Of a stretch of DNA of 64,000 nucleotides, positions 26,040-39,690 are shown piece by piece (positions within the stretch are counted from its first letter, which is position 1; each line of letters starts with the position of its first letter). Both the position numbers and the translations under genes were made by a program. The stretch spans positions 62,062,001-62,126,000 of the forward strand of contig NC_043003.1 in NCBI RefSeq assembly GCF_006345805.1, in the 5' to 3' direction. Below the pieces are notes generated by a model. It saw nothing but the letters and a program-made list of their open reading frames with translations, searched no databases and was not told the origin of the DNA. Origin of the DNA: Octopus sinensis (lineage: Eukaryota).

Positions 26040-26400
26040 TGTATCAGTAAGAAGTCTTCACAATCATGTAGTTTTGGGATCAATCTCACCATGTAACTAA
26101 CCTCTAAAATAGCCCGAGGCTGACCAAATCCTTGTGGGGGAATTTGGGAGAGAGAAACTACTGAAGCCTGCTGTGTGTGCATGCAAGTGTGTGTGTGTGT
26201 GTGTGCGTGCGTGTGTGTGCTTGTCTTGACATTGTGTGCTAATCATAAACAATGTATGATTGCAATCTTCTATCAAAACATGTCCAGCCATTGTACTCAT
26301 CTTTGTTTAAAGGATGAGGGGAATTATATCTTGCTTGGAAAAAAATGGGGGTTGTCATTGGAAGAAGCATCTGGATATAGAAAGAAGCTACCTCAATGGA
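26040..26400 (+). mobile_element. Mosaic SINE: family-A central module, (TG)n, RTE-type tail
   Basis: ATAGCCCGAGGCTGACCAAATCCTTGTGGGGGAATTTGG (family-A module), then GGAAGAAGCATCTGGATATAGAAA (RTE-tail-like). Confidence 0.5.
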
Positions 26401-26409
26401 TTTAGACTA

Positions 26410-26644
26410 GTTTTAGTTGGCCAGAGTGCAGTGGTCTAAACCCTGCAATCGTTGTTACAAAGTGAACTTCATAATCACACAACCATTTTAATGTTTAGAG
26501 GAATATCTAAGATGTGAATAGTAAATATTATCTGTGTGCACGGTTTCATAAAACAGGGCAACATATTTCCTTAGAATATTATAGTCATAGCAAAGCTTGT
26601 GTCTATACCTGTCCACTGTGTGTGTGTGTGTGAATGTAGTGCAT
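26410..26644 (+). repeat. Chimeric local duplication (copy of 24851-24930 joined to a copy of 28123-28278)
   Basis: An 80-bp segment with 1 mismatch plus a 156-bp segment with about 4 mismatches, joined with a 1-nt (T) overlap at 26489. Confidence 0.9.
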
Positions 26645-29234
26645 AGAGAAGTGAAAGTTAAAATGATGATGATGGTGTAATTGAAGTCTAGAAATAAGCT
26701 AGAATATTATAAAGTAAAATGTCATGTCTCTTTTTAAGTGCCTTATTTTACAACTCATGGTTATCTAATAACTCTTTAGTTTCCTGTATTAGATTATTAA
26801 GAGCATCCATATCTCTGATATGCATAAAAGATGTACTATCTTGGGCACAACCTTATCATATTGTTTAACTCTCCCACTTAGATTTCATTTACCTTTGACA
26901 GGGTCATTCTGTGGCAAGTATTTTAGACTAGATCCCCATTTTGAGGATAACTGGATGTATTGATGTTCTGCTTCCTATTGTTATGAGTTATGGTTTCATG
27001 ATCACTTTTCCCCAGTAATATTGGGGGTCCTTGTGGAAAGCATCCTTCTCCCTTTGAGTAAAACATTAAAAATAAGAGAAAATGTAACTACTCTTCAAAT
27101 ATTTTCTTATGTTGAATGGTAATTTTCATAAGCCATTATCTCTTTGTGGTTTTACTCAAAGCTTTTTTACTCATGTATTATGTCAAGTGATTTTATTTCC
27201 ACTCTAAGATATAAACTAGAGTTGAATTCATTGCAACAAACTAATAAAGTAGTCATCAATTTTACAGTATCACAATTATAATATGGTACTTAAAAATCAA
27301 TAAGATTGAGAATAAGTTTGAAAAATTATTTCAAAAACCTTACAACTTTACCCAAATTATAATTTTATATAATTACCTGTTGTTATTAGTGCACTGGGTT
27401 ATGTTACTGAATAGTTAGATAATAATCTTGACTAGGTGAGACCATGTAATGCATATTCTGTAAGTTCAATCTATATGGAACAATTAAAATAGTTGAAACT
27501 TTTCTAAAACTTACATGTGTTTTATTGTTATTACTATCTTTATTCTAGTGAGAGAGCTGTGTCATTACAGACATATTACAATACCTGTAATCAAATAGAA
27601 TTTGTCAACCTTTATGGTGGATGGTCACCTTCAAGGTGACTTGGCTTTTTAGGCTGTCTTACTCTATCTGATGTGGGTGGTAAAATACTTTGGCATCTGA
27701 TTTTATATTTAGATTTTCTATATACCTGCCAGATAAGAAGCAAATATTTAAAGATATTAATTCATCAGTAACCATGTAGATGCCCCCTCATTAGAAATGT
27801 GTGTATTTACATGTACATAGTTGGTTTGCAGGTAGGAGTTTGTTTGCAGGATGTGCATGTCCATGTATGTGACTCTGTCCATCCAGATGTGGTTCTGTAA
27901 GCATATCTTTATATGTTTACATGTTTGTGTATGATTTTACAGAATGATATTAAATGCAATTATTATTTATTAGCTAATTTTGTAATATAATGTGAATATA
28001 ATAACATTCTGTGTTTTATATGGCTTTCTTTATGGTTGCTGAATCACTGAAAGAATAGCTTTCGAGTTTCAAACTGATACAACGATGTCAAGGCACACTG
28101 TCATAATTTAGGTAAGATAATCTAATGTTTAGAGGAATATCTAAGATGTGAATAGTAAATATTATCTGTGTGCACGGTTTCATAAAACAGGGCAACATAT
28201 TTCCACAGAATATTATAGTCATAGCAAAGCTTGTGTCTATAGCTGTCCACTGTGTGTGTATGTGTGAATGTAGTGCATGAATAGGGCTGATTTAAGTTTC
28301 ATGCAACACAAAGCATTATTCAGTTAAAGAGAATTTGAGTGAAGGTTTCACTTGGAATCATTCTATACAATATATTGACTATTCTTAGTTTTGTGATTGT
28401 AGCCACTTACTTATTATATATGCAAAAAGCTTCTTTCATTTTCTGTCGACCGCATCCACTCACAAGAAGACACTTGCCTGTACAGTGGGACTGAATTTCA
28501 AACCACAGGGTTTTGGAGTCAGTCCCATTGTGTGTCATCTTAGGCAGTACTTGGGAACACTTAACCACACAGCCACTTGTGCGCGTGTGCGTGTGTGTGC
28601 ATGAGTGCATGTGTTTGTGTGTGTGTACGTGTGTAGATAGTTAGATAAATAGAGAGATATATAGAAAAATTATTGCTACATCTTTTTTATGATTTTAGGT
28701 TGGAGTCTGGGAATTTGTACAGTATAATCTTCAGTGAATTTGTGCAGTAGCTGAGGATTATATATATATGTATATTGATTCCCGAGTTGTATTTGTTTGC
28801 CAAGTGATTTCATTTGGGATAATTTTTGAGAATAGTCATTTTATGTATGTAAAGTGTATGTAAAACTTATGTACAGTGTTACATTCATGTTTGACACCAT
28901 AATTTCAAAATAATCATTTCAAATTTTGTTAAAAGATCAACAGTTTTAGGAGGAGGGGTTTTGGTTGATTACATTGACTTCAGTACTTACCTAGTCCTTC
29001 ATTTTATAATCCTCAAACAGATGAAAGGCAAAGTTAACCCCAGAATGATTTGATCTCAGAACATAAAGAACTAGAAAAGAATGCCACAATAACAGCTCAT
29101 TCTTTCAGTTTACCTGTTCTTTCAAAATAATAATAAAGATACTATAACACCATATTTGGGCAATTATCTTCTACCATAGTCTCTTGTGAGTGGAATTTGG
29201 TTCATGAAAATTATACAGTGCTTAAATGCTATCA

Positions 29235-30640
29235 CCATTTTTTTAGATATCTATCCTTGATGCTGGCATAGATTGGATGGTTTGACAGGATCTGATGGGT
29301 CAGAGGATTGCATCATGCCTCAATGTCTACTTTGGAATGGTTTCTATAGCTGAATGCCCTTCTTAATGCCAACCACTTTACAGAGTGTGTTGGGTACTCT
29401 TTTTGTTATATAAGCATTGTAGATATCACTAGTTAGCTCATGTGACTAAAATCCCCATCAATTGAGTGGTGCTGCTGTGGAGAGGGAGATAGCTTTATGT
29501 CAAATGATGAAAGGTTGGAGTCTGAAAGAAGATGGAACAGATTTTTTTTTCTGCTGTAGAGGAGAGACATGGCTGCTCACATTACATAAAAATCAGTGAG
29601 AGTAATCAGTGTGAAGCTGGAAAGCGAAATAAAGATAATGGTGACAAGGTATGTCAGAGTGGGCCCTGGAGTAGAAGAAAAGGAAGGAAAACTGCATAGA
29701 GGTAGTCGGAATGTATAGAGAGAGTGAAGGATAGTTAGTGATGGAATAGGGGTGAAAATCTACTGAATGGTGAAAGATCAATAAGGCAGGGTATGCTGAT
29801 GATAAGTATGAATTATTTGGAAGGAAGGAGAGAATAGATGATGACTAGGAATTTGAAAATGTGAAGTAGTGAATAGTGGAGGAGAAATGAAGGGCACATC
29901 TGAGCTGGAAGGAAAAGGTTGGGTGAGTAGGTGATTATTAGAAGTACAGGAGGGTGAAGAGTAACAGGATAGAGGAAAGAGATAAGGTGTGAATAGGTAG
30001 GTTGCAAGAGTGTGAGTGAAGACAAAAACTTAGTGAATGGGGAGTGAGAGATGTATAGTTATATGAACAAATGAACAGGAAGGGTTCAGTGGAAAGAGGG
30101 GAGATCTACTTTTGAAGATTAGAAAGTAAGGTGACCAATGTAAAATGTGAGTGAAGAGGGGCAATGAATGAGGGAAGTCAAATAAAGGGGTTCCAGATTG
30201 TTAGAAAGATAACTGGTATAAAAAAAGATGATTAAATATGTGCTTCTTCCTTTGTTGAGTTACAGCTGCAGAATACTGCAGTTAGTCAAGTGATGGAGAG
30301 ATCAGTGATTGAGAATGAGGATTTGAAGGGAAGCTTCAATGAAAAATATAGGTTAAGGGCCCCACCGTGTATACAAACATTATGCTTCCTGAATCTCAAT
30401 TTTTCTAAGATTGGCAGGTTTACTTGAGCTTTGCGTATAGCCGATCATCCTGGTCCTTTGTCATCTCCTTCATAAGACTTAAACTCCTGAGATCAGTCTT
30501 CACTACTTTACCCAATATCTTCTTGGGTCCCCTTCCATAAGTTTCATCCACTTAAGCTATCGATACTTCTTTATACAGCTGTCCTCATCCATATGCTTCA
30601 CATAACCTTACCATTGCAGTCGGCTCTCTTCCACACCGCA
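29235..30640 (-). mobile_element. Decayed RTE LINE 3' part with long 3' UTR
   Basis: 30450-30630 is the reverse complement of the RT C-terminus (GGATGAGGACAGCTGTATAAAGAAG); 29340-29390 TGCCCTTCTTAATGCCAACCACTTTACAGAG is the RTE 3' terminal motif. Confidence 0.65.
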
Positions 30641-30653
30641 TGTGATATATGTA

Positions 30654-30698
<45 letters not shown>

Positions 30699-30802
30699 AT
30701 ATGTAAATATATTTATGAATATATGCATACATGTGTGTGTGTATAGATATATATATATGAATATGCATAAATAATTAAATGAATATAAATATATATATAT
30801 GT

Positions 30803-30835
<33 letters not shown>

Positions 30836-30836
<1 letters not shown>

Positions 30837-31140
30837 ATGGAGGTGCTATGGCCCAGTGGTTAGGGCAGTGGACTTGCGGTCAGAGGATCACGGTTTCGAT
30901 TCCCAGACCGAGCATTGAGTGTGTTTATTGAATGAAAACACCTAAAGCTCCATGAGGCTCTGGCAGGGGGTGGTGGTGACCCCTGTTGTACTCTTTCGCC
31001 CCAACTTTCTCTCACTTTTTCTTCCTGTTTCTTGAGTAATGCTGTGATGGACTGGTGTCCTGTCCAGCTGGGGAGAACACATATGCCATAGAAACTGGGA
31101 GACTGGGCCCATGAGCCTAGCTAGGCTTGAAAAGGGCACA
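30836..31140 (+). mobile_element. tRNA-derived SINE family C
   Basis: TGGCCCAGTGGTTAGGG...GGTTTCGATTCCCAGACC; GATGGACTGGTGTCCTGTCCAG; homologous to 20511-20818. Confidence 0.8.
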
Positions 31141-32512
31141 TAAATAAATAAAATAATATATATATATATACACACATGTATATATATATACACATGTATG
31201 TGCCCATGTTTATGTTCCTGTTCACCTATAATTTTGTAGTCTGATAAGCAGAAATCAAAAGAGTAAGGGGCAGACTGAAATAAATACTAGGATTGATATG
31301 ATCAACTAAATCCTTGAAAGCTGAATTACTGAAACCAGTAACATTATGAAAGAATTGTTAAATATCAAAGTCTTTTCAAATGCATCTCTGACATGGTCAC
31401 TGATACCCTACTTCATTGTATTTGGTGTATTGGTCAGTTCTTATTGGCTGTGACATCGAAGTTTTGGATTTAGTTTCCTTTTCTCTGTCTTTGTTTCCCT
31501 TACATTCTTTATTCCTTTGTTTATGTCTTGTTTGACCAAAGTGCAGGGTATCATTTCTTTCATTCTCACACTAGATTTTTATTCTATCATGCTCTCTCAG
31601 TTTAATACATTATCTTTTATTTCACTGTTGCAATGTCTATGGAGCTAGCTGTAACTTATGACCTTATTTGGTAACTCGTGTGGTCATAGTAGTATAGGTA
31701 AGTCTTCTATCATATCAAAATCATTATCTTGACTAATACAATGGTACAAAGAAATTGGTGTTCAGCGCAACGATACAGTAAAAATATTTTGTCGGATAGC
31801 ACTTCATAAAGAACTAAAACACTACCCATAAGAATATATATTATTGGCATTATTCAAGAAAAGTTTTTCAATTTTCATAGATAAAACCGTTCTTACTAAC
31901 TACATTTACTGGCCCTTTGAGTCATGCATTATTTCTCCTCCTCTCTCTCTCTTCTTCTTCCCTCTCTATTTCCAATGTTACTGCAACGGCCTTTGCCTCC
32001 CTAAACTTGCTGAACTATATCACATCATCTAAAGCTCACTTGATGGACTTCTCTCATCATTCACTTGTCTCAACCAGATACCTTGTTAAACATTTTCTTA
32101 TTTTCTCCCCAGAATTGCTTTCTGGTGGAGTCTCTTCTAAACTGTTTTCTTTCATTCAGTTACCTAAAAGAATTCAAATTATGTACAAACAGTGCTAAAC
32201 TTAATCAATTATTCCAAACATACTGAACAGAATTTCTGAAATTATAGAAGACGAATTTCATTTCTCGAGTTGAGAAACAGTACTTGTATGATATATAGTC
32301 TTGGTTTAGTAATGTAAGTATACTACCAGTGATCTTCCTGAATGAATTCTGTTAGTCATAAGACCACTAATTTGGAGTGAAGGGTATATTCAATTATATC
32401 GATCCAATGTTTTGTCATCCCATAAGGATGAATGGTAAAGTTGAACAAGTAGGATTTAAAGTCAGAATATATGCCAGTTGCTTTTCCAGTTTTGCCAATT
32501 GATTACCCATAA

Positions 32513-33938
32513 CACTGACCAACAAAATTTTTGTTGCATTCATACCTACAATTGGTATTACCTAATTTGAATTCAAATATGAAGTTGGTTTTTCTCTATA
32601 AGCTTTAGACTTTGCAATTGAGGTTTTCCTATATTTTCCAAATTTCGCATATTTCCCTAGATATGATGTAATATGATATTTTTCGAGTTATACTTGCTTC
32701 AAACAAAGTGGAAAAGAGCAAATATCTATGCATTGTGATTCTAACATTATTCCTATATATGAGTTAACATACCACCATAAGAATTAGGCTATAAAAGTAA
32801 TATTTCTTATTCTGATGCTGAGTAAAATAAGTGATATCATGTGCCAGTTATTTTGCCATCTGTTTTTCAGTTGAAAAAATATTTTATATACAATTGATAG
32901 ATGTATATAGTTTAGAAACTGATTAGTCTGGAAATTAAAATACAAATAGATTTTATTCAGGCAAGAATTTGCACTTGAAGCTCTTGTGTTTGTAGACTTT
33001 CTCTGGGAAATCTCATTTTATGCTCTAGCAGTAGTCTGCCATCATGTTTTTGTTCCATCACTCTTGATAATTCTTTTCCATGGTCCTGAGGTCTTGGTTG
33101 AAGCTCTGTCCTTGTTCATCACTTAAATCTCCAAGGTTTTTCAGAGAATTGGTCGAGGTGTCTATGGAGGATATAGAGTTCAATGCTCATGTCACATTGT
33201 ATTCTTCATATAAATGCACTGTGTGACCAACTGGGACAGCTCCACAAACCATGCCATTGTGTAGGAGAACACAATTTATGCTGCTCTTAGAACTATGTAG
33301 AAATAGTTGCCAGTCAGTTGAACTTTAAAAGAAGATACCTAAATCCCGGAGAAGACTAAGATTATCATGGCAGTAAACAAAGTGTTTCTCTTCTGAAAAA
33401 AATGATACAAAAATCTGGTCTCGTTTTTGAAAATAAGAAACTTTTGATTTTGGTCTCGTAGAGGTTGTTTTGCAGCCTGGATGCTAGAACTTCAGCTGTA
33501 GTCCTGAAGAATCCCAAATCATATTCTAAATCATTGTGTTCTGTTTGGCATGAGGAAATCATTTTTTTGTCTTGATCACCTAGGGGAATTCCAAAATAAA
33601 CTTTATAACCCCATCTCACAAACAATGTTATATTGTGCCTTTGATAAATAAGTGTGAAGTTTCCACAGACATAGCAGAAGCCATCAGATTTATTCACACA
33701 TCCATGTCTACTTGTAAAAGTCATGATCAGATCTGAAAAAACGCAATTATCAATTCTTTGTTAGTAGGATATATGGTATATGTCAAATTTAACTATAAAT
33801 GAAGTTAACCTTCAAATTGCAAGAAAACAAGAGCTTGAAGAGTAAAATCAATTACAGATTTGAAATTAGCCCTAAAAAGACAGAATCAGTCAAAAAATCT
33901 CATGCAACAGAAAATTTTTGAAACAATGTTGTCCAGTG
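32513..33938 (-). mobile_element. CMC/Chapaev3-like DNA transposon, internally deleted, with TIRs and TAA TSD
   Basis: ORF 33365..33724: SRHGCVNKSDGFCYVCG...YFGIPLGDQDK, then NDLEYDLG...AEVLASRL. Downstream: WQLFLHSSKSSINCVLLHNG...VPVGHTVHL, SDEQGQSFNQDLRTME...MMADYC. Termini CACTGACCAAC.../...GTTGTCCAGTG, with TAA on both sides (32510-32512, 33939-33941). Confidence 0.85.
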
Positions 33939-36900
33939 TAATTATTCATTCATATTATATTGGTTCAAAGCCATAAATTTGAGGTAGGAGCATAGTTGAT
34001 TAAATTGACCTCAGTATGTATTTGCATGGGTAAACTGTAAAGCTTGTGCCATTGAGATTTGAATTCAGAATGTGAAATGATGTAACTAAATACCACAAAT
34101 CACTTTTTTGTTGCCCTACCAATTCTGCTTATCCACTGCTCATAATTATTAAAAGCATGCAGTAGAGACTTATATTAGATACCTTTATGGATTTTTGCTT
34201 TGAGATGTGTAAATGTTTAAACATTTCTGTTGTAAAAGTAATGCTGTGATTCATAGAATGGCATTTATATGCATGGATATACATATAGACAAATTAATAG
34301 ATGACAGTACTCCTCTTGAAAATATAAAAATTCTTCAATGCAGTTTTATAAAAAGGAAAATACTAGTAAATATATTTTAAAGCAAATGCAATTCTTAGCA
34401 TTTTTTGGTTATAATTAATTGCTTTTATTTTCATTTTTGCAGATATCAACTGGAAATTTAATTTGATGGTTTTGGTATTTACTTTCCTTTTATAGAATTT
34501 TAACTTTGTTTTGCTTTTGTATATATTTAATATAATTTAACCTTATTATTTTGTCCTGAGTGAAATTGTATTTAACATTCAACTTCCAATTTGGAAGAAG
34601 GTCACCTATGCTAGTTTATAGAAATGTTTAAAGATATTCTGTTCCTGCAACCACATACAGCCAACTTATTTAAGTCACACTAACTGAGGAGTAAATTTTT
34701 CTTGTCATTTCTTTTATGAAATGTATTATTTAAAAACCATTTTATTGTATCATAGCTCTGAAGACTTTTATTTGAATCTATTTGCACATAACCTCTTATA
34801 TCAGAGATAAAAAAAGGAAAAAAATTTACATCACTTATTTTGATTTTGCCTTTCAAACATATTTTCTTCAGTGCAGTTTTCCTTTTTGTTTTTTGCTTTA
34901 TTTATGGAAGGTAAAGTTCTAAACATAACTTTGTAAATATTCATGTTTTTTATGTCTTATTTAATTCATTCTGTAAGTTAGGTATTCTTGAACAAACAAT
35001 ATATCTTAATTAGGAATGTTACAAATTTGGTAGTAAGCTTCAGTTTGAAACAACAAAGAAAAAACTTGGTCAAATTCTGTCTTACAAAAATATCAGTTAT
35101 TTCTGAGTTAGCTCTAAATTGATGCGTTTTCATTAATATTGGCCCATAGGATATGAAAACACTAATTCAAAGTACTCCATTTTCATTTATGGGGAGTCGA
35201 TGTCCAAGGAATTTTATTTGATAAAAATCTTCAGTTTTAAATTCTTTTTTTAAATAATTATTTTCATATTTATATTATGAAAATAATTTTTTTTTTTTTG
35301 GTAATTTAATGTATGTATTTCATGCTGATGTACATTGAAAGGAGGCAACCCATTGAACTCTTTTTATATGCTCTATACTGATAGCTTTCTTTGCTGCCTC
35401 CTGTAACAACATTAAAGCTAGGCAGAACTTTTGCTGTATAGTAAATCAAGATAAAGATTATGAATTTTTTCAAATTATTTGACAATAATTGCAATTAGGT
35501 TGAAACTTATGACTCACGGAATATATGTCTAGTGTGGAGTATATATCTGGTTATGTTTTCATGGTATATTGTATCACAATTTATTGTCGGTTATACAATT
35601 ATTTATAGCATTGGTTATTGTGGATTATCTGAAAATATCTATAATGAAACCAAATATCATGTTACTTTCAATCTGGTTTTAAGCCGACAAACAAGATGCC
35701 AACCATTTCATAAGTAATCTTAAAACTCTTGCTTTAATCTCAATTGTAATTGTAAACAGTGATAAAGCTAGAGTTAAAAAATATATATAAGCTTTATTTA
35801 ATATTTATAAAATATCTTCAGTAGCATGTTTTGTTCTTTTCTGGTATATTCAGATGAATTTTCACAGTTCCCAAATGACAAAATATAGAGTAAATGATTT
35901 CATAATTTGATACAGTCAAACACAAACATACATGTACAATTACTGATGCATACATAAACATAACTGTATAAAACTATACATACAAGACATATGCATATTA
36001 TATTTACATAGGCACACTTATGGAAATATATGTGTGTGTATGAGAAATTGCTTTTCTTTTAAACATATTAAAATCATGACTGTCATTTCCTTTTCCTTTA
36101 AAAGACTTCATATTTTCTTTTTTTTTTCTGTATTTCATAAAGAATAAGAAATTTCTAAGATTGATTGATGTTTGAGAGTCAGTAGTATCTCCTGAATAAA
36201 ATAGTTTTAGTTTTGGTTGCTATTGCTGTTTTGTTGTAAGAGAGAATCACTAAAACAGTGTTTTTCTTTCTTTATCGTTGGACTTAAGTTTCATTTTGCT
36301 GACACCAGGATTTTATCAGTAAGTTTGCTGCCATTGGGTAGTAAATGTGCATTGAGATTTGCATTGTATGTTAACTAAGTGCATTAAATAAGACTGTGAT
36401 TGTTGTAGTGAAAATATTGTAGCTTGAGGAAGAAATAGGTGGAAGAAGTTAATTGAGCAATTAACTCTGCTGGCAATGAAATATTTTACGCACTATAAGA
36501 TAATTGTACTGTCAACTAATTTTTTTTAATATTTTTATGTCATGTAATTTAATGTGCTGTAAAGGCTCCTTGTTGTAGATGCATTGTCAGGTCACAAGAA
36601 TGTGTGGCATTTGTATGACCAATATCACTACTTGTCAATAGAAATTTAGAAGTTTTTTTTACATACAGATTTGCATGTAGTTAGCAGAGCACATTATAAC
36701 TAAAGAATTTCATTAACCTGCAGGAATAACTTTGAATCTTCCCATAGGAAAAATCTGCATTACACTGGCATTCACATTCAAGAAGAGGAGAAATCTTTCA
36801 ATCACAGGATACTTGTATATAATATAAATTATGTATGCATGACTCATGAGAATAGTGTGTGAAAATATATAGCAAACAATGTTATCCTACTTTTTATTTT

Positions 36901-37789
36901 ATAAATTATTGTCGAGATTTGATAACATAGAAAATCAAATTATTACTTACATAAATACTTTTTAATTTCCTACAGAGAATGTAATTATCTGTGTTACTAA
37001 AACAATAGGCAGTTTCCTGCATTTCTGATGTACAGATCAAAAAGCTTTTCTGAGATGAGAAAAATAAAAATAGCATATAACAATTCTCAAGTCAATTTTC
37101 TTCAGGGAAGAAATTTACACTTAAAATTGTACTTTTCTAGCTTTAGCAGAGATGGTATTTCTATTAAATCATTATAATTGAAAGTGCTTGCAAATGGTAT
37201 GCAACTGATAAAATAGCTAATCCTGTTAGCTACTGTAGATTTATTATTGATCTTTAGTAGATCTTAATTAATTTCACTTTGAAAAAATTATGCCAATGTT
37301 TGCAACTATGGTAGGATTTGTTAGGAATATTTGCAGAGCAGCTTCAATTATAATTTTTATGATTTTATTGCAAATGGTACATTTAGACTTAAACCTATTT
37401 ATAGCACAATATTTCACAATATATTAATGTGTACATTGTCTTCCTTTGAGAAATTGGGGTATTGTGTGCTTTAAGAATATCTCCAACAGTTGGATACGCA
37501 AAATGCCAGCATAATAATAATACCGACTTTTTTTTCTCATTGGACTAGTTAAACTCATCGCTGCTAGTTAGTATACCTCCTGATTTATTCTATATTGACT
37601 ACAAGTATGACTTTCACCTTTATACAATATCTACTTACTGCCTTCAAGTCAGGTCATGAATCTCATCACAGGCTGAAGTGAACTCCTATTGCTACCATGT
37701 AAACCAGTACTACCTGTTCCATGGTCAAGTGATCAGTGACTATACCAGTTCCCCACATGAGTAGCTTGATACTCTTGTGAGGAGGGTAC

Positions 37790-37990
37790 CTGGACAAAAA
37801 GTAGGACTAAAAACAAGACCTGTCAAAGGACAGATGGGGTCCTTGTGGGCTAACAGCTGATGAGGAAGGCAATGGCAAACCATTTCAATACCTTTGCTAA
37901 GAAAACATTATGAGGAAGTCAGAATGAAGTAATGCTATGGCTGCATCTGATGGGAGAACTCACACTTAATCAGGAAGACTTTCATTGTAG
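37790..37990 (+). mobile_element. Possible RTE/BovB-like 5' region fragment
   Basis: GAGGAAGGCAATGGCAAACCATTTCAATACCTTTGCTAAGAAAAC resembles the recalled BovB-type motif GGAGAAGGCAATGGCAACCCACTCCAG; no RT nearby. Confidence 0.35.
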
Positions 37991-39379
37991 TGTTATCAAC
38001 ACACTACAACAGGCATATGATACATGACAATGACGACTTGCTGTCTAGTTGATAAGTAACTGAAAGTTAACTATTTTTACAGTCAAAAAGAATACATTAC
38101 CAGTGGCAAGATACCATTGCTTCTCTAGTTAAGTTGCTGACAGCTCAATGATTTGACAGTAATAGTTATTTAGGAGCAGTGTATAAAATCTCATCCTGAA
38201 GAATTAGTGAATCTTTTGCAGTATCCTGATATTCAGTAGGAATCTATCTTTCAAAATGTTTTTCCATTTCACATTGTAATCTAAATTCTTGAGATATTTA
38301 ATAGTCAATTCCTTAGCACACTTTCTGAAATTTATTATAGTTTCCCTCAAATTGAATAGAAAAATATTACTCGCTACCAAAATTGAACTTGCATTTTCAG
38401 AGGTATATTCAACATTGCTTTGATATTGTCCTGGTCTTTGCAAATTTTAAAAGCAAATTTATCATGGATTCTGTTAAAAAACATACTATGAATTTCAGTA
38501 GAATTATTGAATTAACAATATCAAGAATAGATACTGAAAGCTTAATTTCTGATTTATATTCTGCACTCCATAACATTTTCTACTCTTTTAAAACTGAAAT
38601 AATTTTGATCTTATTTCAAGATTTGTTATCTCTTGAGATTCAATACAACTAAGTAATTTTAGTCACTTTTTGTATTTTTTCATTATTTAATTTGATATAT
38701 TTTATTACTTTACTTCTTTATTCTAAGAAATTGAGCTAGTGTACTCTACCTTAATGGTAATCTTTAGACCAGTGATAGGCAACTTGTAGTGCAAGGGACA
38801 TTTTGAACAGCATGACTGATGAAAAATTACTTTGAATTGTTTTAATAGTTTGCGCCACCTAATGATAAGTCATGTCTCATGCCACCCTCTTCTTGGAAAA
38901 AGGTTTCCCATTCCTTTTTTAGACTGTTTAGGTAATATATATTTTCAAAGTCATTAGTAGTTCAGAAAATTAAATCAGTTTTGTTGCATAAAATTTTCAA
39001 TGCAGTGATTTACTCTTTGATTATATTTACCAATAAAATTGCATTTAGACCCAGAATCTGTAGGTAGGTGAAGTTATTATTTTTTTTTTGGTTTGACACA
39101 AAATATTTTGAATTTTGATTTTAAGAAATACGTGTTCCTTGTCATATTGTAGCCATCATTTTTCTACTGGAAATGTCATTATTTTTCATATTCTAATTTT
39201 CTTTTGATGTCTCTTACATATAAAAGCTACTTACAAACATTTTACAAGTTTTACAATATCTGAATGTAGATGTTTCAAAAAAGTTTTTGTATATAATTGT
39301 AGCAATGTAGCAAGAGAATTTTCTATTAACAAAATTGATTTAGTTTATCAACATTGGAATTACTATATTTTCTCTAATA

Positions 39380-39690
39380 TAGGTACATGGGGAATGAAAC
39401 TGTTGATTTTATGGATTCTCAGTACTTGATTGTAAGGTTATGAGTTCAGCTCTCAGCAGCACATTGTGACATAGCTCCAGTCCACTCAACTGGCAAAAAT
39501 GAGTTGTACCTGTAATTCAAAGAACCAGCCTTGTCTCATTCTGTGTCATGATGAATCTCCCTGAGAACTGCATTAAGGGTATGCTTGTCTGTGGAGTGCT
39601 CAGCTACTTGCACATTAATTTCATGAGCAGGCTCTTCCTTTGATTGAATCAACTGGAACTCTCATCATCATAACTGATGAAGTACCATTA
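39380..39690 (+). mobile_element. Decayed SINE-like element (further family)
   Basis: Degenerate B box GAGTTCAGCTCTC; CAGTCCACTCAACTGGCAAAAATGAGTTGTACCTG central motif. Confidence 0.45.

Noticed and set aside
31900-32200. Charged open stretch on the - strand (FSKFREAKAVAVTLEIEREEEERERRR)
   Set aside because: Interrupted by stops and partly a GA-rich simple repeat; no family assignable.
35013-35037. CYKFGSK-like peptide resembling the next SPO11 exon
   Set aside because: The upstream GIEIM part is absent, there is an in-frame TAG before it, and no GT donor at the expected position.
37855-37870. CTGATGA motif (also 51222-51228 and 38816-38823)
   Set aside because: No flanking stems or downstream GAAA/NUH arrangement.
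38204-38652. Possible hAT-like transposase relic on the - strand
   Set aside because: Similarity is impressionistic only; no catalytic motif or termini identified.
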